Source of the DNA: Nematocida ausubeli | Lineage: Eukaryota | Direction of reading: 5' to 3' | Assembly: GCF_000738915.1 (NCBI RefSeq) | Contig: NW_026515635.1 | Location: 744,001 to 808,000 of the forward strand | Length of the DNA: 64,000 bases | Part shown: in pieces, positions 1 to 10,560 of the stretch | Position numbering within the stretch: the stretch's first letter is position 1 | How the letters are laid out: every line of letters begins with the position of its first letter | The notes under the pieces: generated by a model | Database searches by the model: none | The model's input: the letters and a program-made list of their open reading frames with translations, nothing else | What the model was told of the DNA's origin: nothing | Position numbers and translations under genes: made by a program

Positions 1-81
1 CATGTGTATGCAGCGAGCGAAGATGTGCTGTGTGCAGGCAGTACATGGCGCCCGTACATGGCCGGTACACACTATTATTAA
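1..81 (+). CDS. possible 3' end of a gene entering from outside the window
   Basis: Frame +1 is open from base 1 to TAA at 79-81 (HVYAASEDVLCAGSTWRPYMAGTHYY*), is GC-richer than the intergenic DNA, and the stop overlaps AATAAA as for several other genes here. Confidence 0.3.
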   Translation, partial: HVYAASEDVLCAGSTWRPYMAGTHYY

Positions 82-716
82 TAAACAGCCGCTCTCGATC
101 TGCCTGCTGTCTTGCTGTACTGTGTCCGCCCTTTGTGTGCTCAACTAATATTCCTTGTTCGCAAGCCTCGAATGGCTTTTTATATTAAACTCTTTTACTG
201 TGCTGCTGGTATAAATATTTTGTTTAATACGTATATTCTCTTGTGTAGTGAAAAGTGTATTTATTGAGTTTTGTAATTCAATTGCACAAAAGACATAGGG
301 GCCTTAAGAAAAGTTTGCACCTATAAATAAAATAAGTGCCAATAGCCTGGTCTGTTTAAATACCACAGCCAATATAATAAATATTAAATTTAGCTAGGCT
401 TTATGTCGTGTGGGGTTTTTGAGGTAGGGCTTTCGGGTTATATGCAAATTTATTTAGCGTAACTAAGCGAAAAGATACATGCACTTTCTTAGTATTGAAA
501 ACTCTGTTTTGAAGAATAAAAGTGCTTTTAGCAGCTAATGTATGCTTAAGCCATAGATATAGTTGGGTTTAAATGGCAAGAACAGCGCAAGGAACTCTGT
601 ATATGAAAAGATGGCCTTAGAACAGCTACTACTGCATAATTTGATTCTTTTCGACTGATCTGGATCTTTTAATTACACATAATATTCATTTGATTTTCAT
701 TTTGTTTATTCTTTAA

Positions 717-2681
717 ATGGTCAAAATAACAAGAAGAGCAAAAGATCCTAATAGGTTAACTAAAATAGAGTTATGTGCGATTCTTAATAGATTGGAGATC
801 AGTAATATTACAGTGCAGAGCACTAAAAAGGATATTATAAGTGTCTTTAAAAGAAACAAGAAGAGCATAGAGCAGAATCAAGCTAAGACAATTCAGATTC
901 TTAAGGAGCTGGACATTGCCAAGAGCAAGGACAAAGTACCAAAGAAGACAGAAAAGAGAAAGAGGAGTGATACAAGCGATACGCCGGCAACAAAGAGGGG
1001 AAAGAAGGAAGTGCTTAAAGAGCCAGCACAAGAGCCAAAGGAATTAGGTATAGAAAAGGCAGCATCAGTAGAAAAGACAGACAAAGAAAGCATTTTATCA
1101 GAGGAGAGTGCTGCAGTGCCTTCTGAGATACCTAAGCCAAAGAAAGCAGAAAAACCCAAGTCACAGGAAATAAAGAAAGTGGCAAGCACAGCCCTTCAAG
1201 GAGTTCTTAGCAAATCAATGAAAAAAAACAAAGAAGCTGCAGCACAGCCCATAGAAGCTGCAAAGAAAAAGGTAGAGAGAAAACAAACAAACAAAGAAGT
1301 AGACCTAGCAACCAGGGTAAACATATATATACAAAAGATGTACACAAAATGTATGGTGTTTGCAAATGGGTATGGCCGGCTAATTGTCATAGGAGCAACT
1401 ATAGGAATAGTTGCAGTGCTTGCAACATACACACTTTCCATAGATCAGGATAAGAAAGCGCCAGGTGTAGTTGAGTCAGTAAAAAACTATGTAATGAACA
1501 AAGTGCATGATAGAAATCAGAAAACCCCAGCAATAAAGCATAAAACAGAAGAGATTGCAAAGGTTAAGAAAGAACTAGAAAAAGTGCAAAGAGATATAGA
1601 GCTTAAAAGACAACAAGAAGCTATTCAGAAGGCCAAGGCGGAGGCAGATCGGAAAGCCAAGGTGGAGGCAGACCGAAAAGCAAAGGAGGAAGCTGCTCAG
1701 AAGGCCAAGGAAGAAGCAGACCGAAAAGCTAAGGAGGAAGCTGCCCAAAAAGCCAAGGTGGAGGCAGACCGAAAGGCTAAAGAAGAGGCAGAACTAAAAG
1801 CTAAGGAGGAAGCTGCTCAGAAGGCTAAAGAAGAGGCGGATCGGAAAGCCAAGGAAGAAGCGGATCGGAAAGCCAAGGAAGAAGCGGATCGGAAAGCTAA
1901 GGTGGAGGCAGACCGAAAAGCTAAGGAGAAAGCTGCTCAAAAGGCTAAAGAAGAGGCGGATCGGAAAGCTAAAGAAGAAGCTGCGCTGAAGGCCAAGGAA
2001 GAAGCAGACCGAAAAGCTAAGGAGAAAGCTGCCCAAAAAGCCAAGGTGGAGGCAGACCGAAAGGCTAAAGAAGAGGCTGAACTAAAGGCTAAAGAAGAGG
2101 CGGATCGGAAAGCCAGGGTGGAAGCTGACCGAAAAGCTAAAGAAGAAGCAGAACTAAAAGCTAAGGAAGAAGCGGATAAAATTGTACAAGATCATATAGA
2201 AGATGGGGTGGACATAAGCTCTATAGATCAAACAGAACAAGTAGAAAAATCCCAAACTGATAATTCCAATGAAGTAGCAGAAAGCAACTCTTCAAATCGC
2301 ACTACAGTTTTTGGCCATGCTCTAAAACTATTTAAGCAGACTGCGCGATTCATTTTCAAAATTCTAAAAGTATTTGCACTGGGAATATTTGTAGTCTTAG
2401 TGGTGGGAGGCATGGTAATCACAGTTCTTCGTATTATGTTCCTAACACGAACGAAGGTAGACAAATATAAAGAATATATCGTGGATAGAATATATAAAAA
2501 GAATAAGCGTGCTTTGCCAGCTGACACAATTAGAGAGCTTCGTGAGCAGCACCCAGCACTGAGTAGAATAGAATGGAGAATGCTTTGCCAAAGAGTTTTA
2601 TTAGACAGCAATATCCGAATTTCAAAAGTATTGCGGGGATGCAAGGAGGAAGATGCTTGGATCTGGATAGGAGATAATTAA
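717..2681 (+). CDS. Src1/Heh1/MAN1-like inner nuclear membrane protein (HeH/LEM N-terminus, two TM segments, C-terminal MSC/winged-helix-like domain)
   Basis: N-terminal DPNRLTKIELCAILNRLEI...TKKDIISVF resembles the HeH/LEM motif; two hydrophobic TM stretches (LIVIGATIGIVAVLA; VFALGIFVVLVVGGMVI); C-terminal DSNIR...EEDAWIWIG resembles the Man1-Src1 C-terminal W-x-W-I-G. Confidence 0.7.
   Translation: MVKITRRAKDPNRLTKIELCAILNRLEISNITVQSTKKDIISVFKRNKKSIEQNQAKTIQILKELDIAKSKDKVPKKTEKRKRSDTSDTPATKRGKKEVLKEPAQEPKELGIEKAASVEKTDKESILSEESAAVPSEIPKPKKAEKPKSQEIKKVASTALQGVLSKSMKKNKEAAAQPIEAAKKKVERKQTNKEVDLATRVNIYIQKMYTKCMVFANGYGRLIVIGATIGIVAVLATYTLSIDQDKKAPGVVESVKNYVMNKVHDRNQKTPAIKHKTEEIAKVKKELEKVQRDIELKRQQEAIQKAKAEADRKAKVEADRKAKEEAAQKAKEEADRKAKEEAAQKAKVEADRKAKEEAELKAKEEAAQKAKEEADRKAKEEADRKAKEEADRKAKVEADRKAKEKAAQKAKEEADRKAKEEAALKAKEEADRKAKEKAAQKAKVEADRKAKEEAELKAKEEADRKARVEADRKAKEEAELKAKEEADKIVQDHIEDGVDISSIDQTEQVEKSQTDNSNEVAESNSSNRTTVFGHALKLFKQTARFIFKILKVFALGIFVVLVVGGMVITVLRIMFLTRTKVDKYKEYIVDRIYKKNKRALPADTIRELREQHPALSRIEWRMLCQRVLLDSNIRISKVLRGCKEEDAWIWIGDN
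1629..2180 (+). repeat. coding tandem repeat, 23 x 24 nt (KAKEEADR-type octapeptide)
   Basis: Counted 23 consecutive units KA[KR][EVA][EK]A[DAE][RQLK] in the translation; 552 nt. Confidence 0.95.
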
Positions 2682-3200
2682 AATGTATGTGGCTTTTTAA
2701 ATGTTTTTGTTTTTGTTATTTCTTTTAAAAGCCAGGTTCCAAGAGTCTCTCTCTTCTTAATTTCTTCTTCTTCCTTCACAGGCATTTTCATAAACTTTAA
2801 CTGTCTTAAGTTGTTGCTTATGTTCATGCTGCTGCAAAATTTTCTGTTCAATCCAAATAAATATAGACAGTGTGATGCTCTAAATAAGAAAAAATGTGCA
2901 GAAGTAGCCATATCTGATTAAATATGCTAAAGATCTGCTAAATAAAAGAACGGGCCAGCAGGCCCCTATATACTCTTAGAATAAAGCAAATTCAGAGTTT
3001 TAACACACCGTATTGTGTGCTTATATTTATTTCTACTATATGCATAAAACTGCATTTTTTCACAGGCCAGTAATGTAAGGAGACACTCCATTCAAGAAAG
3101 AAGTACGCATATACTAAGAAAGCATTTGCTTTGAATATATAGTTAAAAGCTGGCCAAGACCTTTAAGTCATAACATAAACACTAAAAAAAGCTAATAGTT

Positions 3201-4226
3201 TTATTCTTCATCGACTGCTCGTGTGCATGTCTCTATGCTATCGCTTTCGCCCTCTTTGTTTTTAAGCCCCTCGTATGAGTTGCATCCATACTCGATCACC
3301 CCGTGGGAGTTCGCCAGCCGAAACCCGTCAAATATGAACAGCTCTCTTTTAATTGCATTTGGAGCGCTTGGGCTTGGGTCGCCAGCATGCGGTATTTTCT
3401 TTATAGCCTCATGGTATGGGATTTCCTCGGGGTTCATTCTTTCAATACACTCCTTGGCTACTAGGTGGTTTGCTATGTTTGCCAAATTCTTTTCATCTGA
3501 ATTTACTAGCGGCAGGCCCCTCTTTTCCTCTGATGTGTACTCTGTCACTTCTATTCTTCCATTGATCAGCTCAAACACACCCATCTTTTTGTTTGGCATT
3601 TCAGGAACTCCAGCACTTACTACTTCCAGCAGATATTTCTGAGCATATCCTACCATGGCCGGATCGGCAATCCGAACTAGCACATTGTCTATAGATATAA
3701 TGTTGAAGTATCTAGTATCTGGGAGCGCAGAAAGAAGAGACATGCTCTGCGGCGTAACCGAGTCTTTGTCCACTGCAATATAGCTGCTTGCTTTGAGTGT
3801 CTTGAACACCGAGCCGTTTCCATTTGGCACCTGTATGTGGTCGCCCTTCATGTTGAGAAGAGGATTCTTTGTTTCTTTATCAAGTGCATCAATATCTTCC
3901 TGGACGATTAGAAAGACCTTCATATCATATTCTGGGAGAACTACTGTTTGCAGATGCTCAATTGTTTTATCCTTGGTTTCATTCGAGACCATTATAACCC
4001 AAGGAGCGCCTGCTTTGAATATTTTCTCAGCTTGTCTCTGGAACAAAGACCGGCCTGGCTTTTTCTTTGTAGGAAGGACAAACGTGCCCTTTGGGTGCTC
4101 ATATCCCAGTCGTGACCCACTTCCGCCTGCAAGGGTCAGAACTGCAACACTTTTCTTTTCTATAAGGCTGCGCCCTATTTCTTCTAGGCTTTTTCTTTCT
4201 GGACTTGTCTCTAATAATAAGTGCAT
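3201..4226 (-). CDS. UAP1: UDP-N-acetylglucosamine pyrophosphorylase (compact)
   Basis: LAGGSGSRLGYEHPKG, SLFQRQAEKI, PNGNG, SIDN, EAIKKIP and NAIKRELFIFD motifs. Confidence 0.92.
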   Translation of the reverse strand: MHLLLETSPERKSLEEIGRSLIEKKSVAVLTLAGGSGSRLGYEHPKGTFVLPTKKKPGRSLFQRQAEKIFKAGAPWVIMVSNETKDKTIEHLQTVVLPEYDMKVFLIVQEDIDALDKETKNPLLNMKGDHIQVPNGNGSVFKTLKASSYIAVDKDSVTPQSMSLLSALPDTRYFNIISIDNVLVRIADPAMVGYAQKYLLEVVSAGVPEMPNKKMGVFELINGRIEVTEYTSEEKRGLPLVNSDEKNLANIANHLVAKECIERMNPEEIPYHEAIKKIPHAGDPSPSAPNAIKRELFIFDGFRLANSHGVIEYGCNSYEGLKNKEGESDSIETCTRAVDEE

Positions 4227-4833
4227 ATGCGCAGCAATAAATAACCTAATTTATACTTTGAGCTTGGGGGTGAAACAGATATCACCTCTTATTACCTGTC
4301 TAAACACACAAACCGTGCATAGGCTAAACAAACTGCCCTAAATCCTCGAATTATGCAGTGGCTCTATTTACAGGAATATTCATCCAACCCCAGACAAAGC
4401 GTGTGGGCGGCTATATACGCTGCATAAACAAAAAGCCCATGCTTTATGACAAATCTTTTTGCACCGTATACTATATTTAGACTTGCGCGCTGCATGTATA
4501 TACTATTATCATTGCATGTGCATTGGAGTCTCTGTGCCTCTGTAGCTGCATTTGCTTGCAGCTCTAGACTCTAAGCATAGAGGCTTAGAATTCGCTAAGG
4601 ACTAAGTTCATTTGGACTCATCCATTCCTTATTCGGTGATATTGGAAAATAAATTGGACAGCACTAGCCTGAAACACAAAGCAAAAAAGAAGCAAGCAGC
4701 ACATATGGATTATTCCATTCCTATCTCTGGATTGAAATGGCCAAGCGCCTTCGTCTTATTTAGTAATGCCAAAAGTAATTTTCCTAATTAAGACAATAAA
4801 TAGTTGAATTTATTTTCAAGATATGCGTAGAGA

Positions 4834-5295
4834 ATGCAGAAAAAAGACTCTTCCCGAATAAAAAATCTTATTATACACAGTGCCATACTAGATCTGTATT
4901 ATAAGCAGAACAAATGCGAGCCATTAGGAGAAGTTCTAAACAAAATGAACACTCTGAATCGGTTCACACTTATTGAGGTAATATGCGCAAAGATATACAG
5001 CAGCTCCGTAATTACCTATCTTCCCCAGTATACTGGGCTGGAAATATTCTTTACAGCATGCATAATATTTAAGAAGTACTGGAATGACTTTTCTTTAAAG
5101 AATATAGAAGAAACAAGCAATGACATAGTTGGCATAAAAAAACTAAATAGAATAGAGATGGCAATACTTGAGCTTATAAAGTATGACGTGCACATTACAA
5201 AAGAGCAAATACAGAAGGAAATAGAATTAGAAAGAAATGTAGATGTTAATTATAAAGAAGCTATGTCTAGCATTGCAGTGCATGTAATGCAATAG
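4834..5295 (+). CDS. small cyclin-box (Pcl/Pho80-like) protein
   Basis: FFTACIIFKKYWNDFSLKN...LNRIEMAILELIKYDVHI matches the cyclin N-domain pattern (KxxxD...N; LNxxExxxLxxLxY). Confidence 0.6.
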   Translation: MQKKDSSRIKNLIIHSAILDLYYKQNKCEPLGEVLNKMNTLNRFTLIEVICAKIYSSSVITYLPQYTGLEIFFTACIIFKKYWNDFSLKNIEETSNDIVGIKKLNRIEMAILELIKYDVHITKEQIQKEIELERNVDVNYKEAMSSIAVHVMQ

Positions 5296-5753
5296 AGCTA
5301 AATATTTAGAGGTTTATTCAGACACACAACTCCGAATAATAAATTGTAAATATGATATGCAGATGTTTCTTTGGGGACTGGTTTTTCCATTTTATTTATC
5401 CATTCTATTGCAGATATATTTTTAGTACACATGAGGATTTTCTCTAAAATAAAAAGAGAGCTTTGTACTTATACTATTGTTGCCTTTAACTATAAAGCTC
5501 AGTGGCTAAGACAGAGCTATTCTATTCAGAGATAGATCTTCATAAGTGCAGCGTTTTTGTACTCGCACAAAGAGTTATTCACAAACTCTGGAAAGCTTGT
5601 TTGCGAGCATGTGCATTTGAAAGTATAGATTCCTGTAACGCAGGCTGAAAATTAAATAGATAACTCATTATAAACTTTTATTACACAATTATATATAAAG
5701 AAGTGAACCTAGATATGGATTATATAATTGAATAAACTCTTTCTACTTCTGCT

Positions 5754-7163
5754 TCAATTTGCAGCAGGTGTAGATTCACTCTTTTTTAGGTCTTGGCTTG
5801 CTAATGTGCTGTGCGATGTCTGCGCTGAGAGCACAGGATCTGGCATTCTTTCTGCATTTCTTCCCCACAGTTTGCCGTCCAAAAACCCATACTTTAGGAT
5901 AATCAGCCCAATTGCAAGAAGAGATAGATAGGTACATCCATTGAACACCATCTGAACTCCTTCAAATGTATCAATTTTGAGGAAGTGTCCTGCAATCACT
6001 CCTGCAACTGTTCCTAAACAGACAAACGTTCCTGTATAGATCATTTGACTTGTTGACTTTAGATTGCTTGGAACTAGAAGAGTTGCCATCTGCACGCCTG
6101 ACAGATGTGTTAGCCCAAAGTTAACTCCTTTAAGCACTTCAATGAAGCAGCACTTTTCAAACCTAAGTGGGTCTTCTGGCGTTATGAAGGTGTATAAGAA
6201 GAACCGCAGCCCCTGCGCCATTTGCGATAGAAGGAAAGACCAGTACAGCCCAAAGAATCCGAGCAGAGATTTTGAGCAGAAAAACAGCACAATTTCCAGA
6301 ACAATTCCAAATGTGCTGCAGGTGGACATTGGGTTTGCATAGAACCCCTGAAGTGCCCACTGCGCATAAATGGGCAGGCTTTTAGAGGGCTTGAAGTCTG
6401 CAAAGTTAAGAATATTCTTATAGTAGTTACTTAAATACATGCTCATGACTCCTCGGGTTATTCCATTCATGAGAATAATCAGAAGGAAGAACATGTATGC
6501 TGGATTCTTAAGAACCTTTGAAAACTGCGGAGGATTTCTAGAAGAAGAAGTGCTTGTGCTTCTAATGCGGTCTGCTGGTGCAAGCAAAAAGATAAGCCCA
6601 CCTGCAAGCGCTGAAAACAGAATGTATGGAATACACAGCCTTGAGTAATTTCCCTCCTTGCTGCTCTTTCCACCGCTTCCAAAAACAAGAGACTCGGTAA
6701 GATAGTTTACTGCACAGTATGTCAGCGTTCCAAACATTCTTTGCCTTCCGTATAAGGATGCAGGCGCCTGCAGCACTTTCTGAAGATAGTCTAGCACAAT
6801 CCTGTCAAGAAGCGGCAAGGTAGATAGAATAAACATACAGTAGAACACGAACACAACTGAAATTAAAATAGAGGGAATTGGCATCATCAGAACTTGGAAC
6901 AGGACTGCAGAGAATAGCAAAGAGAACACAAGAATTCCTTTCGGTCTCTGGAATTTATCTGCTATGTATGCAATCCCCATATTGCTGAAAAATGTGCTTA
7001 AAAGCATAACAATAAGTGTAATTGTTTGCTGTGTGCCAGTTACTCCCCTTGTAGTAAGAAAGGTCTGTCGTAGATTGTAGAACAAAAAGTACTCTATATT
7101 TACTGCAATGTACAAAAGTTTTGGGGTAAGAAATAGTGCTGAGTTAAGCTTTTTGTAAACCAT
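5754..7163 (-). CDS. MFS transporter (NupG/MFS_1-like; candidate nucleoside/nucleotide uptake)
   Basis: About 12 hydrophobic segments; YIADKFQRPK loop motif; PLLDRIVL and YGRQRMFGT typical of MFS_1-like/NupG-related carriers. Confidence 0.8.
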   Translation of the reverse strand: MVYKKLNSALFLTPKLLYIAVNIEYFLFYNLRQTFLTTRGVTGTQQTITLIVMLLSTFFSNMGIAYIADKFQRPKGILVFSLLFSAVLFQVLMMPIPSILISVVFVFYCMFILSTLPLLDRIVLDYLQKVLQAPASLYGRQRMFGTLTYCAVNYLTESLVFGSGGKSSKEGNYSRLCIPYILFSALAGGLIFLLAPADRIRSTSTSSSRNPPQFSKVLKNPAYMFFLLIILMNGITRGVMSMYLSNYYKNILNFADFKPSKSLPIYAQWALQGFYANPMSTCSTFGIVLEIVLFFCSKSLLGFFGLYWSFLLSQMAQGLRFFLYTFITPEDPLRFEKCCFIEVLKGVNFGLTHLSGVQMATLLVPSNLKSTSQMIYTGTFVCLGTVAGVIAGHFLKIDTFEGVQMVFNGCTYLSLLAIGLIILKYGFLDGKLWGRNAERMPDPVLSAQTSHSTLASQDLKKSESTPAAN

Positions 7164-7924
7164 TCAAAAATACAATAAAAAATCTATTTATATACTGTAA
7201 TTAATATAAGACAAGCAAAAAACAAGACCGATCACGCAAGTTTATGTCCAAACAAACACAAAAACATTTAATGATGAAAATACATAAGATCCATTATCTA
7301 TAGAAAGAAGTAGAAAAGCATCACAATTTCTATATATTTGTTTTGCACATGAAGAGTGCCTTTGGAAAGCTTCCCTGGCAAGATTGCACTGCATGCAGGC
7401 TCTTTTTTCAGAGAAGTAGACTGCAATTTTTGCTAATGTATGGATGCGCTACTGCAATAATGCTTGGAGTAGACTCTTTTCTTAAAGCTAAACCAGTATT
7501 TTTAATACTGCTATTTTTAAAGGAACATTTATTGAAAGAAGTTCTAGTAGAGAGAGAAATAGCTGCAAACCACAACTCTCTGTCTGAGAGCAACACTTCC
7601 AACAGAATCCGTGCTATTCCAGCTAATTCTGGATATGCCACTTCTGTGTGGCTGTCAGCTAGACCAGTAATTTGTAGCTACTAAGCACAATATCTAGTGC
7701 TGCTGATCTTATGGCCTTCAATATGTAATTTCGATGTCTCTTAGTTTAAACACATTAAAAACGCACACTCTACTAACAAAAAATCGATGCATCTGTAAAT
7801 TCCCGAATTATAGCTCAATTTCATTTATGTAGAAAGCAAGCATTTTATATTACAACTTTTTAGTACACTATGCACTGTCTTTTATATCACTAGCTGCTAA
7901 TCGAGTGTGTATTAACTAAATAAA

Positions 7925-8215
7925 ATTGTGGAAAAATCTCACATCATTATTCTGAGACCACAAGAGTCCATCAATGATAATTTCACTTTCCAAAAGATTT
8001 TCCATATATCAGAAGACTACCAATTCTAAAAGTATATTAAAGCAAGCAGAATATGTCAACAGTAAGAAATACACTCATCGCTTATACAAGATATCACAGT
8101 CACCAAAGGCACTTGCAAAAGTATAAAAATAAAACTCACTTGACAACTACCCCTATTAGAGTCTAAAATACTAATGTCTTCTGGCTGAAATATTACTCCC
8201 TTTTGGGCACGTTAA
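7925..8215 (+). repeat. dispersed repeat family A, copy 1 (~290 bp)
   Basis: Aligns by eye to the reverse complement of 42961-43252 (e.g. gataatttcactttccaaaagattttccatatatcagaa; aaaactcacttgacaac.acccctattagagtctaaaatacta). Confidence 0.9.
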
Positions 8216-8388
8216 AAACGATTTATCTCTGAATTGGTATTTAAGCTTATATTAAAACTGGCTCTTTATTAAAATCACTTCCTATTTTGCGCCTGTTTGG
8301 ATTATATCTAGCCAACTAATTGATTAATATAAAGGCGTATGCCTGTAGTCATTAGTTGATATACGTCCTTTAGCAAACAGCCCTGCAA

Positions 8389-9714
8389 CTAGTATTTATA
8401 GCTTGCACTCTTGTATGGGCCTGCCACTGGAATGTTGAGGTAGTCTGCCTGTGTTTGCGACAGCTTGGTTAGAGAGTGTCCCTGCCCTTCAAGGTGCATT
8501 CTTGCTATCTCCTCGTCTTCTTCTCTTGTTAAGAATAGAACTGCCCCTCTGTTCTCACTTCCTGCTTTGAAGTCCCTCCAAAGCCGCATGGCTGCAAGCG
8601 TCTGGCAGCAGAAGCTTGTGCTCATCACAAAGCTGGAGTGTCCTGTTGCGCATCCCAGATTAACAAGCCTTCCTTCCGCCAGCAGAATAACTGACTTGTT
8701 GTTTGGCAGGACAATCCTCTCTGCATTGTTTCCCATAGGCACTCTCTTCACTGCGTTCTTGTAGATCCAGTCTGCATCGATCTCTACATTGAAGTGTCCT
8801 ATGTTGGAAAGAACTGCCATGTTCTTCATGCGAAGAATGTCCTCTGATGTGATGATGTCTCTGTTTCCAGTTGCTGTTACCCATATGTCTACCTCTGGGG
8901 CGACCTGGTCAACTCTTCTTATTTGGTATCCCTCCATCACAGCCTGCATGGCACATATTGGGTCAATCTCAGAAATTGTCACAACTGCGCCCATTTTGGC
9001 CATTGCCTGCGCGCACCCCTTTCCAACATCTCCAAATCCGCACACGTGCACTCTCTTTCCTGCAATCATGGCGTCGGTTGCCCTCTTTATTCCGTCTGTC
9101 AAAGACTCCCTGCATCCATAGATGTTATCAAACTTGCTCTTCATCACGCTTTCGTTGATGCAGATTGCTGGGATTCTAAGGATTCCGCTTTCGTGCATTT
9201 TTTGCAGAATGTGCGTTCCTGTGGTGGTTTGTTCTGTCTGCCCTATGATGCCTGGTATTAAATGAGTGTACTCCGTGTGAAGAAGGTTTGTAAGGTCTCC
9301 TCCGTCATCGATTATCAAGTTTGGGCCGTTTTCCCATTTGGATAAAACAGCTCTAATGCACCACTTGTACTCCTCGTCTGTTTCGCCCTTCCATGCATAT
9401 ATGCTTAGCCCTCTGCTTGCAAGAGCAGCTGCGGCTTTGTTTTCTGTGCTCAGAACATTTGATGAGCACCAAGCTACCTCAGCCCCCATTTCCACAAGGA
9501 GCTCAATCATGGCTGCTGCCTGGACGGTCATGTGAAGACATCCGGATATTCTGGCGCCTGTTAGAGGCTTTGTCTCTCTGTACTTCTCAGACAGATACCT
9601 AATTCCAGGCATTTCATTCTTTGCAAACAGAATTGCCTCCTCTCCTATCTCAGCGAGCTCAATTGATTGCACTTTGTATGGCGGGAATGTTTCTTTATTC
9701 ATCTGTTGCGGCAT
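8389..9714 (-). CDS. SAH1: S-adenosylhomocysteine hydrolase (adenosylhomocysteinase)
   Basis: GCLHMT, DDGGD, TTTG, KSKFDNIYGCRESL, GFGDVGKG, NIGHF, LAEGRLVNLGCATGH and C-terminal GPYK..YKY motifs. Confidence 0.96.
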   Translation of the reverse strand: MPQQMNKETFPPYKVQSIELAEIGEEAILFAKNEMPGIRYLSEKYRETKPLTGARISGCLHMTVQAAAMIELLVEMGAEVAWCSSNVLSTENKAAAALASRGLSIYAWKGETDEEYKWCIRAVLSKWENGPNLIIDDGGDLTNLLHTEYTHLIPGIIGQTEQTTTGTHILQKMHESGILRIPAICINESVMKSKFDNIYGCRESLTDGIKRATDAMIAGKRVHVCGFGDVGKGCAQAMAKMGAVVTISEIDPICAMQAVMEGYQIRRVDQVAPEVDIWVTATGNRDIITSEDILRMKNMAVLSNIGHFNVEIDADWIYKNAVKRVPMGNNAERIVLPNNKSVILLAEGRLVNLGCATGHSSFVMSTSFCCQTLAAMRLWRDFKAGSENRGAVLFLTREEDEEIARMHLEGQGHSLTKLSQTQADYLNIPVAGPYKSASYKY

Positions 9715-9768
9715 TAAAAATTTTCATTCTGAAACACCCTTTCATATACAAAAAACAAGACACAGTTT

Positions 9769-10560
9769 ATGAAAACAAGAGCTGCAGTGTGGAAAGAGCT
9801 TATGTGTACCCCAGTGCAGACTGACTTTAACACGCTGAAGGTGTCTGAGATACCATACGAGGCGCTTCAGAATATTGAGGTTGACATTGAGAGATCTGTT
9901 GGCTCAAAGTCTTTTTCTATGGGCGTGCTTGACTCTGAGATGCGAAGCTACAATGTGAGTGAGAGAAAAAGAGAGTTGAAAGAGGTTCTTGTGGCCTTTG
10001 CCAAGCACAACATCTTAATTGAGTACTGCCAGGGCCTTTCCTACTATGCAGCATTTCTTTTGCACTTTTTTATGCCTGAAGACGCGTTCTTCATTCTCTG
10101 CCACACAATTAAGAAGAACAGAATAGAAAGACTCTTTGACAAAAAGCTTTCTTTGGTCTCTAAGGTGCTAAGCGTGCACGGGCGGGTGCTCAATCTAACT
10201 CTTCCAGAGGCAATACGAAAGAGCATACAGGTGATTAGCAACTCTTCGCATGACTATTCTGCGGGGTGGTATCTTACGCTTTTTTCCCGGCTGTCTCCTG
10301 GAATATATGCTGCGATACTGGACCTGTTTTATACCCGGGGCTTCCCTGTTCTTTTTCACGCAGCATCTGCCTTGGTGGAGGTTGGCCACCGGCGATATAT
10401 AACGGACTCCATCACAGAGCAGGACCAGAGAATGCAAATACTTTTCAAGCTTGCAGAGTATCCCATACCTGAGGATGAGTTTAAAAGTGTCATGAACAGA
10501 AATATGCAGATGGTCAGCCTGGCTACAATTGAGCATATGCTATATGAAGCAAATAGTTAA
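9769..10560 (+). CDS. TBC-domain Rab GTPase-activating protein
   Basis: IEVDIERS (IxxDxxR) and YCQGLSY (YxQ) fingers; WYLTLFSR. Confidence 0.88.
   Translation: MKTRAAVWKELMCTPVQTDFNTLKVSEIPYEALQNIEVDIERSVGSKSFSMGVLDSEMRSYNVSERKRELKEVLVAFAKHNILIEYCQGLSYYAAFLLHFFMPEDAFFILCHTIKKNRIERLFDKKLSLVSKVLSVHGRVLNLTLPEAIRKSIQVISNSSHDYSAGWYLTLFSRLSPGIYAAILDLFYTRGFPVLFHAASALVEVGHRRYITDSITEQDQRMQILFKLAEYPIPEDEFKSVMNRNMQMVSLATIEHMLYEANS

Noticed and set aside
7343..7684. Overlapping 113-aa (+) and 77-aa (-) ORFs; YPELAGIARILL faintly recalls a hAT dimerisation motif
   Set aside because: Non-ATG starts, the rest of the hAT motif (SxxxERxFS) is absent, and there is no other support
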